A stretch of DNA of 63,847 nt, the filler included, from Globobulimina sp. (taxonomy: Eukaryota), in the NCBI GenBank assembly GCA_003354225.1. It is 57 parts of 57 records of this genome, joined end to end, with 100 filler letters (N's around TTAATTAATTAA, not from the genome) between each part and the next. Parts side by side here need not be neighbours in the genome. Positions count along the whole stretch, not along the records: positions 12,354 to 13,376 come from PIVH01025556.1; positions 13,477 to 14,499 come from PIVH01025557.1; positions 14,600 to 15,622 come from PIVH01025558.1; positions 15,723 to 16,744 come from PIVH01025559.1; positions 16,845 to 17,866 come from PIVH01025560.1; positions 17,967 to 18,988 come from PIVH01025561.1; positions 19,089 to 20,110 come from PIVH01025562.1; positions 20,211 to 21,232 come from PIVH01025563.1; 49 more parts are not named here. One strand, given 5' to 3'. A program made the translations under genes and the position numbers. Numbering within the stretch: position 1 is the stretch's first letter; every line of letters starts with the position of its first letter. Under the pieces are notes generated by a model, which had not been told where the DNA came from, ran no database searches, and saw only the letters and a program-made list of their open reading frames with translations. Below are positions 12,630 to 23,681 of the stretch, one piece after another.

Positions 12630-13320
12630 TTCTAACATGTTTAGTTCCACCACCAAAAGTTGCTTAGAATGTCTTCATTTTTGAATATGTTATTATTTAA
12701 AGTCCTATTTTATTTATAACAATCAATGGAATTGAATAGTATGAGTTTAACTGTATAATTGTTTGTTCTTGACAACTGTATATCAATTATCACTGATATG
12801 TAGTATCACTGTGGATTGTAAGAAACCAAGTATACGTGCGCATGCAGAAAGGCGTCTTTTGTTGCTATCTAACAATCAAGCATTAAAAAAGAAAAAGATT
12901 TGTGCCGTTAATGATATCATTGTTGAAATATGGCAATAATCATTGCACATTTTTTAAATGATGAAAAATCATTAAATATCGCTAAAACCACCAAAAACCA
13001 AAGAAAAATCGCTAAAACAAAACAGATCGCATTTTTTTTTCTAGCCTGCTGCAAAATGCACACAACACGACTCCTAGATTTTATTTTATTTTTTCCAAAA
13101 AAAGTCAGTCTTACTTTCCCATGGAAGTTTAATTAGACAGGAAGCTTTTTATATATTATAAAGTCAGATGAGTCGCATATGAGTAGAATTAATCAAGTTG
13201 GATTAATAACTTCACAGTTTCTAATATGCACAAACTTTATTATAACGCAAATACATGGTATTTATGTCAATAAATGGTTGTATTATTTATATATATATTT
13301 TTTTTGTTGCGTGAAAACAT

Positions 13321-13365
13321 TAGGGGTCTCCGATAAGTACTGATTTTTTTGGCTGTTTGAAAAGG
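13321..13365 (+). repeat. Interspersed repeat end, copy 1 (possible DNA transposon/MITE terminus)
   Basis: 36/45 ungapped identity to 40191-40235; both begin TAGG. Confidence 0.6.
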
Positions 13366-14599
13366 TTTTTTTTTTCNNNNNNNNNNNNNNNNNNNNNNNN
13401 NNNNNNNNNNNNNNNNNNNNTTAATTAATTAANNNNNNNNNNNNNNNNNNNNNNNNNNNNNNNNNNNNNNNNNNNNAGTCGCCATATCGGCCCAAACTAT
13501 TATAAATATAAAAATAAATTATTTTTGGTTTTTGTACCTTAAACCGCTGGGAAACAGATACCAATCACCACAACACATTAAATGCAATTCTTACTCATAT
13601 TATCGACTAATTTGTGATTGCAATGACTGGCATCTTCTTTCCGTCTGCGGTTTTAGATGAATCACTTAACGATTCTCAAGGATGGACTGGATGGTATTCA
13701 ACTAATTCAACTCACCAAAACTGTTTTGTTTTTTTGTTTGTTTGTTTGTTTGTTTGTTTTCCTTTGTCAAATGTTCTAAAGTATGTGGCAACCTTCATAC
13801 ACCAATTCTGACTTTTTATTGTACCGAGTCTGAAAAGAAGCTGCAAAATACATATTATTATGACATCAGCATACAATCAAAGATGTATAAGTACTGCTTC
13901 TTTATATCATTGATAAACTTATGGGTATGATATTTCCATATAGAAATAAAGTATCATAAAACATAACGTTTTGATATTATAATTACTTTGCAACAATGCA
14001 CAGAATATAAATATTTGCAGAGTAACATAGCAATGGCTGGGAGTAAAGATGCTGTTTTGATGGAAGTTCCTGTGAAATTGAAGAATTTTACAGTTGCATC
14101 AATGTTCTGTAGTAATATATGACAATGATATGATATGTAATTTTATATGCGATGATGAAGACATTTATATACCAATATATTCGTGTCCATATGACTCAAT
14201 ATATGCAGCTGATGTATATCCGCAAACATATGGACTGTATAATGGCATGCTTTGCAAAGAATACATTTACTGTGATGTACATAATATGATTGTGGCTAAT
14301 TTTAGTTTTAGTGAATGCCATGAGCCATATTTTAATTTATTGCCTTTGTCATTTAAGTTATCAAGGTTGTTGTCGGGGTTTTTACCGATTCGACATGTTG
14401 TAAAAAGGATATTGCTGCCATGTATTGGATATAATACAATGCACTATATTTCAATGGAAAGTTGTGTGCATTTTGAAAGTGAGAAGAAAGAAATTGGATN
14501 NNNNNNNNNNNNNNNNNNNNNNNNNNNNNNNNNNNNNNNNNNNTTAATTAATTAANNNNNNNNNNNNNNNNNNNNNNNNNNNNNNNNNNNNNNNNNNNN

Positions 14600-15433
14600 G
14601 CACCACCACCAGTGCTACCACCGCCTACCACACCCCAAGCTTCAGAATAACTTATTTTGCCATCATGGGCGGTCGTTGTGGTCCAATACGCGCCGCCGCA
14701 GCAATCGGCGGCATCGCTTTTGAAGATCGATTTGTGTCATTTGCGGAGCATAAACAAGAGAAATCGCAAGGTAAACGAAGATGGTCTGGTCTTCCAGAGA
14801 TTGAAATATTGAATCAAAATGGCGATGTTGTCACAAAATTTGCTCAGTCCGGCGCTATTCTTAGATATGTCGGTAAGTGAATATATAGCATACACTACAA
14901 TATCCACACATAATTGCACACATTTTAAAGGTGCTATGTCTGGATTATACCCTGAAAAGAATGTGTTAAAATGTGCTCTTATCGACGAGATAACGGACGC
15001 CGTCGAAGATGTAATGGCTATTTGGGTGCCTGCTTATTTTGCGAGTTCGAAAGGAGACAACGAACAGAAAACAGCGCAAGAAGCCATACTCAAAGAGGAT
15101 AAAATGCCATATTGGATGGACAAGTTTAATAATCGCTTGGTAGAGAACGAGAAGCGCGGAAATAAAAATGGATTTGTTGTTGGTGACAGTTTAAGCATCG
15201 CCGATTTGAAGTTGTATTATGGCCTTGTTGTGTTTTTGAAAGGTGGTCCATTTAAATATATTGATCCACAAATAATTCATTCGCATGCGGCGCTTAGTGC
15301 TTTTGTTCAAAAAATCGCTGAAGTTGAGGCATTAAAGAGATTTGAGAAGGTTATATTTGCAAATTCGCAGAAAGAGAATAAGGAAAATAATAAAAATAAT
15401 TTTAGATATGAGGGTAAAGGCGTGTATCAGTGA
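14600..15433 (+). CDS. Glutathione S-transferase (sigma-like); intron 14873-14930
   Basis: TYF..GGRCGPIR, LP, AQSGAILRYVG/AMSGLYP, FVVGDSLSIADL; GTAAGT..AAG intron restores frame. Confidence 0.92.
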
Positions 15434-15722
15434 TGTGGTTTGGATCGTAAATGTGTGCATAATTATATGTGCAAGGATGTGTAGAGAAACATTTGTTTAT
15501 TTGATTATTAATTTGTAAAACTGCATGTAATTTAATTTAATTTTATTCAATTCTTAAGATATTTGACGAAAAATTAATTCGTGAACCTTGCAGTTTGCTT
15601 AAAACAGTCTGACATTAATGTANNNNNNNNNNNNNNNNNNNNNNNNNNNNNNNNNNNNNNNNNNNNTTAATTAATTAANNNNNNNNNNNNNNNNNNNNNN
15701 NNNNNNNNNNNNNNNNNNNNNN

Positions 15723-16238
15723 TGCCGTCAACATTAACTCGCCAGCATAATAGAATCGAATCTTGCATTTAGGTTCACGTCTTGTGTCATCAATAAATGA
15801 ATCATACACATTTGTGGTTAAATGCGGAAGGATTGCTCTTTCCTCATCCTCCAAACTTGGATCCCCAACTGCAGGAAAAGTTTTTGGATGCGAAAGAATC
15901 CGGTTAAATATGCAAATGAGTGTAAAAATGACTCCTACATTTATGCCTATAAAATCAAATTTAAGGTTATCTTCTTTTGTATTTGTATATGCGAATGCAT
16001 TTAGATCACCCTTGCATATAAAAGCAAATTCAATATCTCTCGGCTTCTCAGTGTAAAAATATTTCTTGGCATATTCCACATGTCTTTTAAATCGGTCCTC
16101 TATAACTTTGAATAATCGAACATTAGTTTCTGAATGGTCGCCTTCTAACCAAAAAAGCCCACCACGTTCGTTTATATAACGGTTCAGTTCGTCATTCAAT
16201 CTTGTCGGAATCTCAGGTATTGGTTTATTTATTTTCAT
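15723..16238 (-). CDS. First integron cassette ORF; putative Lit/peptidase-U49-like zinc protease, 3' partial
   Basis: ATG lies a few nt after the GTTAGCT core site, divergent from intI. LNAFAY and FIGINVG motifs; HEXXH not reached before the contig end. Confidence 0.55.
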
Positions 16239-16243
16239 AATGG

Positions 16244-16278
16244 AGCTAACAGTGTTAATAGGCGGAAAATTTTTCCAT
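16244..16278 (-). other. Putative attI recombination site
   Basis: Minus strand reads ttttccgcctattaacact-GTTAGCT, between intI and the cassette ATG. Confidence 0.65.
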
Positions 16279-16353
16279 GATATCAGACGATATATATGGA
16301 AAGTATTTCCATGTATTCGTATATTAAGATTGATAAATGGAAAATATTTTCAT
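16262..16353. promoter_or_regulatory. Three palindromic sites, consensus ATGGAAA-N3-TTTCCAT
   Basis: 16262-16278 GCGGAAAattTTTCCAT; 16296-16312 ATGGAAAgtaTTTCCAT; 16337-16353 ATGGAAAataTTTTCAT. Confidence 0.6.
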
Positions 16354-16416
16354 AAAATTGTTTGACTCTTTTGTCTATTTGAAATTTTCTGTCTAATAGT
16401 ATAATGGAGGCAAAAC

Positions 16417-16744
16417 ATGGAAATCAAGGTAAAGTTCAAACCGAATCCGGATTATCGTTTGATGGATCAGGTCCGTGAAGTTTTACGATATTATCATTAT
16501 GCATATAAGACAGAACAGACTTACTGCTCCTGGATATTACAGTACATAAGATTTTATGACAACAAAACTCATCCCAGGGATATGGGTAAAAATGAAGTTG
16601 AACGATTTTTAAGCTTTCTTGCAGAAAAAAAACATGTTGCTACGGCGACCCAAAAACAGGCCATGAATGCACTGATATTTTTATATAAAAAAGTTCTTCA
16701 TATTGATTTGGGAGAGGATATTGCCCCTACTCGGTCAAAGCGCA
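16417..16744 (+). CDS. intI: Integron integrase, N-terminal domain (bacterial), 3' partial
   Basis: LMDQVREVLRYYHYAYKTEQTYCSWI..HPRDMGKNEVERFLSFLA..VATATQKQAMNALIFLYKKVL; GGAGG RBS at 16406-16410. Confidence 0.93.
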
Positions 16745-17966
16745 NNNNNNNNNNNNNNNNNNNNNNNNNNNNNNNNNNNNNNNNNNNNTTAATTAATTAA
16801 NNNNNNNNNNNNNNNNNNNNNNNNNNNNNNNNNNNNNNNNNNNNTACAATGATTAATGAAAATCATGTACATTTTAGAATTTGGATTTTGAACTCAGGAG
16901 CTATGTAATCAAACTGATGTAATCAAATTTACTCGCGATATGCATTATAATTTATGAATCGTCAAATTGCATACAATAACAGAGACCAAATATCACCAAA
17001 TTCAATAACAGTGCGAACAGACTGAATTTGAAATCATAACAGGCTGGAAATATGACACTTGATTACATCTGAAATGCGGTTGGTGTAATCACTCCTTACA
17101 GCAACACAAAATCGATATAGTTATACCGAGAATCAAATACGAATTGGTAATACTGTTACACAATACAGTCTCGTAGAAACTAATAAACGGCTGCAAGCCA
17201 ATCCAACCCAACCAAACAAGCAAAAAACTTATTGAACTATCACGACATTTGCACTGGAGCCCATAGACAGTAGACATGATAATAACAGCTTCGGACAGGG
17301 TTTTATCCATTCAAATTGTGTCTACATATAAATTTCCAGGCTTAAAACCGGAATCAAAATGTCAATTGTTGAGTGTATATGTATGATCTCTTGTCAAGCG
17401 ATGCACAATCGCAAACTACACAAATAGTAGCTTCAAACATACTTCGAGCCACGTTCAGACAATTAAAAGTATACGAACAGTAATGCAGACAAAATCGAAA
17501 CGTTACAATGTTAATCGATAGGTAAATAGCGACATTTATTAAACCAACAATTCGGTGTTTGAATAGGATGGAGTCACAATAGTATAGTAGCAATCTCATT
17601 GATATGATATACTCAGTCGTTCGACACTTGCGTCTTGCGCGTAGTAATTTCTGGTCAGTAAATGTGATATATTAATGGCACAACACCGAACGCGAGCAAT
17701 TAATGCAAATGTTATCGCTATTGCGAATGACAATCTTGGATTTCAAAAATAACATGCACAGAAACTGATATTGTCCACGAGTATGTGACAAAGGACGAAT
17801 TATTTGGCGAAATGTTAAATAGAGATACATGAACATCCAGTAACAATATCTCGGACTGGGATCAAANNNNNNNNNNNNNNNNNNNNNNNNNNNNNNNNNN
17901 NNNNNNNNNNTTAATTAATTAANNNNNNNNNNNNNNNNNNNNNNNNNNNNNNNNNNNNNNNNNNNN

Positions 17967-18229
17967 TTTTTAGCAGGAGAAAAACCATCGAGATACCATG
18001 CGTCTATAGGGCCGTTCAATTGAGGTAGTGCTGAACTGACATCATCAAAAATTAACGTAAGGGTTAAATTTTGATCCTTGAATTGCAGGCTATGAAAGCC
18101 TTTTACTAATAGCGGATATTCGGCAATGAGCTGATCGCTAAGGTGCTTAAGCTGAGGGAAAAGACCCAGGGCTTGAGTGAGTTGATCTTTATTTAAGGGA
18201 AATTTTTCAATACTTATAAAATGTAAGTG
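17967..18229 (-). CDS. mnmC: Bacterial tRNA mnm5s2U34 methyltransferase domain of MnmC, internal fragment (absent from the ORF track)
   Basis: Hand translation: HLHFISIEKFPLNKDQLTQAL..GFHSLQF..LTLIFDDVSSALPQLNGPIDAWYLDGFSPAK. Confidence 0.88.
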
Positions 18230-18237
18230 GTTACTTA

Positions 18238-18579
18238 CTTGTTCTGAATTATTTCTCTGGAATTCTCGCCATTGCCTAACCAGATACGGGAGCGTATTTG
18301 TGTGGGATGCGAAACTTTGTGCTCATCGAACTCCATTTTTTCAATCATCTCATCGCAATAACTGCAATGGATCAGGCTGCCTAAGATAGTCATTGGGCGC
18401 CGGTTGGATGACTCCTTGACTCTGGTGTTTTTGCGCAAAATTTTGGCGCGTTGCCGTTTTTCTTCTGCAGCTTTTTGCTTCGCTAATTTGGCAGCTTCTT
18501 GTTGTTGTTGACGTTTTTGACGTGCCTTTTTTATATGTTTTTTTTGGATGTTTGTGTTTGTGGCGCATATAGAGTCCAT
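18238..18579 (-). CDS. Eukaryotic exon with C2H2-like finger and start of a dual-specificity phosphatase-like domain
   Basis: CSYC..DEHKVSHPTQIRSRIWLGNGENS followed by a GTAAGT donor. Confidence 0.5.
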
Positions 18580-18753
18580 ACAAAAAGTCGTCGGCCTGCT
18601 ATTGTTGAGGGCATTGTTTTGAGGTTCGGTAGAGAGCTGCGTCGATGATGAGTATTTGATTTGTTTCTGCCACTCATGGTTGAAAGTATTGGGAAGTGAA
18701 GAGGTGTCTGAGTTTTTTGTGATATTAATCCTCCACACACACCATTCTCTGAA

Positions 18754-18988
18754 ATGGAACAAGAAAATATTGAATTTGATATTACTGATATCGATACAAA
18801 CAATAATATTCCAATGAACTATACCGTCACACCAAATAAAAAAAATAATTCCGATCTCGGTGATTGCAGCGAGATAAGTGATGGTGTAATGTGTCGTTAT
18901 TGTTTTCGTGAGGTAATGGATGATTATTCTTCATGTACGTGTCGAACCGCATTATGTCGAAAATGTTTAGAACAAGAATTGTGTCTAA
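18754..18988 (+). CDS. RING-variant-like zinc finger protein, partial
   Basis: MCRYCF..CTC..CRKCL. Confidence 0.45.
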
Positions 18989-19088
18989 NNNNNNNNNNNN
19001 NNNNNNNNNNNNNNNNNNNNNNNNNNNNNNNNTTAATTAATTAANNNNNNNNNNNNNNNNNNNNNNNNNNNNNNNNNNNNNNNNNNNN

Positions 19089-20110
19089 TGACATTGAATG
19101 AAAAACCTTTGATAATTCAAACTGGAAAGGACTTGCAGCTCATTTACGAACAAATTCGTGGTCTGGATTTCCGAGAAAAGATGGTCAACTATGCTGCTCC
19201 AAATTCTCGCTTTGTTTTCCTTCAACCTACAAACATTCAAATAGAAGTTATTCCAATTGACGGTTTTCCTCTTCGTGGTGGCTTGACACCCACTGACTTC
19301 CCCAATTCATTGGTGAAACAGAGAGATTTGTACTGTTTTATAAAAAGCTGCCATGGAAAGGATTTGTTACATGACAATTTATGTCTTTTTCGTTGTTTGG
19401 CAGTTTTCCTATCAAAAAAGGGGCCACAGTATTGTGAAAAGGAAGCAAAAAGGTTGGCCAAAATATATTGTGTTGAACGGGGAATTTGGTTTCCCAGATT
19501 CTCCGGTGTTACAATGGGAGAACTTGAATTTGTAGAATGTTGTTTCGATGTTGGATTGAAAGTGTATGCAAACAATGGAGACTCAAAGTTTCTTTGTCGA
19601 CTTCCTCAGGAAGGGAAGAATAATGGAATTTGTCAATTATTCAGATTCAAAAACAAACATTTCTGTCTGATTAAAGATGGAAAAGAAGAAAGTTTCCTTG
19701 GTGTTTTTCAATGCAACTTGTGTAAAAAATTTTCTTGTACTAAATGGGATGCCAATAGACATGAAGCTAAATGCAGTTCAAGGCGGTTCAAGTCTTGTGG
19801 TCAAATCTGAAAAGTACCTGACCAGATCAAGTATGATAGACCAATTGTCAAAAGTTCGTATATTTGTAAAAAATATCGTTGACGTGTTTCAACCATATTT
19901 TGTTGTTTTTGATGCTGAGAGTTGTATGGAAAAACCAGCAGATGAAATGACAGCTGCCAAAACAGTGTATGACTTTAAACACAAGGCAATTGTCGTTTGT
20001 GCGGCGACAAATATTCCTGGTGAGTCAGTTAAGTTATTTATCAACAATGGAGACCAACTTCAACCTGACAAATATCTGCGGGAATTTTTGGATCAAGTAG
20101 AAAAATGGCG
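19089..20110 (+). mobile_element. Polinton/adintovirus-like protein-primed PolB, N-terminal region; frameshift at ~19770-19790
   Basis: PNSRFVF..TN, DNLCLFRCLA, HFCLIKD..FQC..C..RHEAKC, then ExoI motif PYFVVFDAES in the next frame. Confidence 0.7.
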
Positions 20111-20604
20111 NNNNNNNNNNNNNNNNNNNNNNNNNNNNNNNNNNNNNNNNNNNNTTAATTAATTAANNNNNNNNNNNNNNNNNNNNNNNNNNNNNNNNNN
20201 NNNNNNNNNNTTAGATTTGCAGGGGGCGCCGATTGAGGCGCTTGATGCATGGATTAGTCACCGCCGTTTCAAGTTGGCGCTGCGGCATCTACTAACACGC
20301 GCTGCAAAGCTCCAAGCTGCCATTTAGTACGGTTTTTCGTGATGTTATTTAGTCATTTATTCGGCGCACAGAAACAAATTAAATGACGCACGGAATCAAA
20401 CTTCAGCAGCAAATAAATGCAAATATATTTTATTCAAAAAATTAAACAAAATGTTTTTACTCAAAACGATGAAAATACACGATTTATATCACCGCCTAAT
20501 AAAGTAAACAAATATTTCATAATCAATATCACTCACAACATATAACAGATGGAATTTTAACATGACAAGTATGACACTATTTAATATCACGATCACAACA
20601 TATA

Positions 20605-20727
20605 ACATGAGTATTATTATATTTTAACATAAGAATAATATACATAGGACATGAGTATTATTATATTTTTACATAAGAATAATATACATAGGACATTAGC
20701 ATTATTTTATTTTTACATAAGAATAAC
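20605..20727 (+). repeat. 44-bp tandem repeat, ~2.8 copies
   Basis: acatgagtattattatattttaacataagaataatatacatagg units start at 20605, 20649 and 20693. Confidence 0.9.
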
Positions 20728-20761
20728 AAGAAATGAAACGAAATCACCTGAACAAGAATGT

Positions 20762-21060
20762 TTATATATCTACTCCCAACTGCTCCCATAAATGACGTTT
20801 ATGTTCAGGCGTTAATTGCCGACGAGTTTCAGGTGAAATATGTAGCCAGTGCACGGAGAAGTATGGATATCTGTTGACGATACAGTTGTACCGAACATGG
20901 GTCAACCTTGTCTGTAAATTCTTTGGAGTGGAATAACATTTTTGTGAAGGGTTCCAAAACCTCTCTTTGTGAGCAATAGCCATGTCCTCTGGCGCAATAA
21001 AAGTGCTTTTTGGAAAGTAGCCCTGAAATAATAATCGGTTCAAACAAAACTTGGTACAGC
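20762..21060 (-). CDS. C-terminus of a Cys/His domain protein (PEDMAIAHKER..HVRYNCIVNRYPYF), possibly transposon-associated
   Basis: Resembles a domain I recall from invertebrate transposon-derived proteins; the 5' side is chimeric. Confidence 0.4.
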
Positions 21061-21620
21061 GTATGGAACATGAAAAATTCCACCATGGACAGGCTCGATC
21101 AGCCTGGGGGTTCAAAGTCCAAAATTTAGAATCGGGGGTAGGAAAAATCGAAAATTTCGAGACAGGGGTCGGGAAAAATTCGAATTATCGAAAATGTTTC
21201 GCCAAAAATCGTATTTTTTTGAAAAAATAACTNNNNNNNNNNNNNNNNNNNNNNNNNNNNNNNNNNNNNNNNNNNNTTAATTAATTAANNNNNNNNNNNN
21301 NNNNNNNNNNNNNNNNNNNNNNNNNNNNNNNNCAAACGGATAAATCATGACTGTCCTCATCGATATCCTCATTTTTAAATTTCAGACTACGAAGACCCAA
21401 ATCAAATAAATGAAATAAATAATAATGAATTTTATATCACATTAATATTCATTTTATATTATATACATTTAACAAATTCATACTTCACTAACTTCAGTGA
21501 TGTTGCATAATTATAAACATCATACTTTCCACCTCAACAGGGGCGTGACTTACAGGCACAAAAATAGAAACGATTTAATTACAGTAAAAATATATGTTTT
21601 ATGTGTCATTTTATTTCTCA

Positions 21621-22352
21621 TTATTTCCCCAAAGTCCATGATTTTAAAAAATCCTCAAAATGCAAATCAATGAGAGATAACGTATCAATCTCTTTTTGTA
21701 TTTCTTTATCTTTTTTGAATTTATTATTTTTTTCATAATCATTTTCATCATAAAACCAAATCGGAAGTATTGTGTTTAAATCTTTTGTGCTAAATCTCAT
21801 AAATGAGTTATCCCACCACAGATATGTCTTAATTTGGTTATTTCTTTCACAGTGAAAGGAAATGGTAATGCCATACGATAATCTGGTCCGAATATCAGCT
21901 TTTTCATCGCCACACGGTATCAGACATTCCATTGAATTCATGTGATACATTTCCGGTATCAAATGATCAAAATCTTTATCAACACCACTCGGCAACTTAC
22001 AACATATTGGTGTTTCATACAAAAACCAGACATCCGTCTTATCACTGTTCGTTTTCCTCCGATCGACGGTAAAACATATTCGCCGATTTTGCGGATAATC
22101 AGCACCTTCTTTGACTGGTAATGTGCGGCTAATATTCTTTCTAAATTCAGCATAAAATCCTCTTAAAGTCTTTAATATAAATTCACTGCCAATAATACCA
22201 TCAGATTTTATTTTTTTCGTATTATAAAAACATTGATTAACTTTTAATTTCTCTTCAATATCACCAACAGTTTCATACACACTCTTTTTCACCGTCAATA
22301 TCGGAGTTGTCCCATCTTTATACACCACGCCATCCATTTGGAATATTTTATA
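21621..22352 (-). CDS. Hypothetical protein with unrecognised DRR..YL..RF..P domain, 5' partial
   Basis: Open to the contig end; shares four ordered motif blocks with 31771-32451. Confidence 0.65.
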   Translation of the reverse strand, partial: YKIFQMDGVVYKDGTTPILTVKKSVYETVGDIEEKLKVNQCFYNTKKIKSDGIIGSEFILKTLRGFYAEFRKNISRTLPVKEGADYPQNRRICFTVDRRKTNSDKTDVWFLYETPICCKLPSGVDKDFDHLIPEMYHMNSMECLIPCGDEKADIRTRLSYGITISFHCERNNQIKTYLWWDNSFMRFSTKDLNTILPIWFYDENDYEKNNKFKKDKEIQKEIDTLSLIDLHFEDFLKSWTLGK

Positions 22353-22821
22353 AANNNNNNNNNNNNNNNNNNNNNNNNNNNNNNNNNNNNNNNNNNNNTT
22401 AATTAATTAANNNNNNNNNNNNNNNNNNNNNNNNNNNNNNNNNNNNNNNNNNNNCATTTAGTTCTTGATGATCGCTTTTTTGATCTTTTCATATAAACTA
22501 ATACCTTAGGTTGTTTAGTGTGATCTGTCGAACGGAGATGAATTTTTGGCTCTGATACAAATTTATTTTAAAATGTTGATAACAACATTTCTAGTATTTT
22601 AGTGAGTATAACAAATTTTTGTATATATATATATAACAATAAAATGAATTTTTTTGTAAAAAGATAAAACAAAAATATAAGTTTAGTAAAAAAATATTGC
22701 GAGAAAACTATAGTTTTTTGGAAATAATGAGCACATTTTGAAAAATAACAAAGAACAAAGAAATTTAACAAAGTGTAGCCAGTTCTCGGCAAATCAACCT
22801 CCTGTAGTTGCTCTTGTGAGC

Positions 22822-23450
22822 ATGTCCCAACAAAAAAGTGAAGATGAAATTGGTCCAATAATAATTGATCATGGATCTGATACGATAAAAGCAGGATTTA
22901 CTGGAGACGATGTCCCACGTTCTATTTTCCCATCAGTTGTTGGTAGACCTCGTCATAAGAGTGTCATGGTAGGAATGAATCAAAAAAATGTATATATTGG
23001 GGATGAAGCGGAATCAAAGAAAGGTATTTTAACTTTGAACTATCCGATAATTAATGGCATCATCACATCATTTGATGATATGGAAAAAATATGGCATCAT
23101 GCAATTTACAATGAATTGAGAGTTGAACCACAAAATCATTCAATATTATTAACAGAATCGCATCATTCAATGTCAAATCCAAAATCAAACAGAGAAAAAA
23201 CAGCAAAAATAATGTTCGAAACATTTAATGTCCCATCAATATGTATGAAAAACAAATCTGTTTTATCACTGATTGCATGTGGAACAAGAACAGGAATTGT
23301 ATTAGATTCAGGATATACGGCGACTGAATGTGTACCAATTTATCAAGGTCGTGTGTTGAAACATGCTGTATGTACCATGTATTTAGGTGGTAAAGATATT
23401 GATAAATATTTGATAAAGTTATTGGGAGAAAGAGGTTTCTATTTACAAAG
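22822..23450 (+). CDS. Divergent actin paralog, N-terminal half
   Basis: [71 protein letters not shown]. Confidence 0.93.
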
Positions 23451-23681
23451 CATGGAATGTGCTCATTCTCATTGATNNNNNNNNNNNNNNNNNNNNNNNN
23501 NNNNNNNNNNNNNNNNNNNNTTAATTAATTAANNNNNNNNNNNNNNNNNNNNNNNNNNNNNNNNNNNNNNNNNNNNCTATCTACGCATCTTGAAATTACT
23601 CTTTCCTATTCCTCGCAAACCTATATCAAACTAGCAAGTCTCTACATTGTTATTCAATTATTAACATCACAGAGCGAAAAT

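Noticed and set aside
16845-17866. Short ORFs of a possible membrane protein
   Set aside because: Many stops and shifts in all frames and no recognisable motif; at best a decayed pseudogene.
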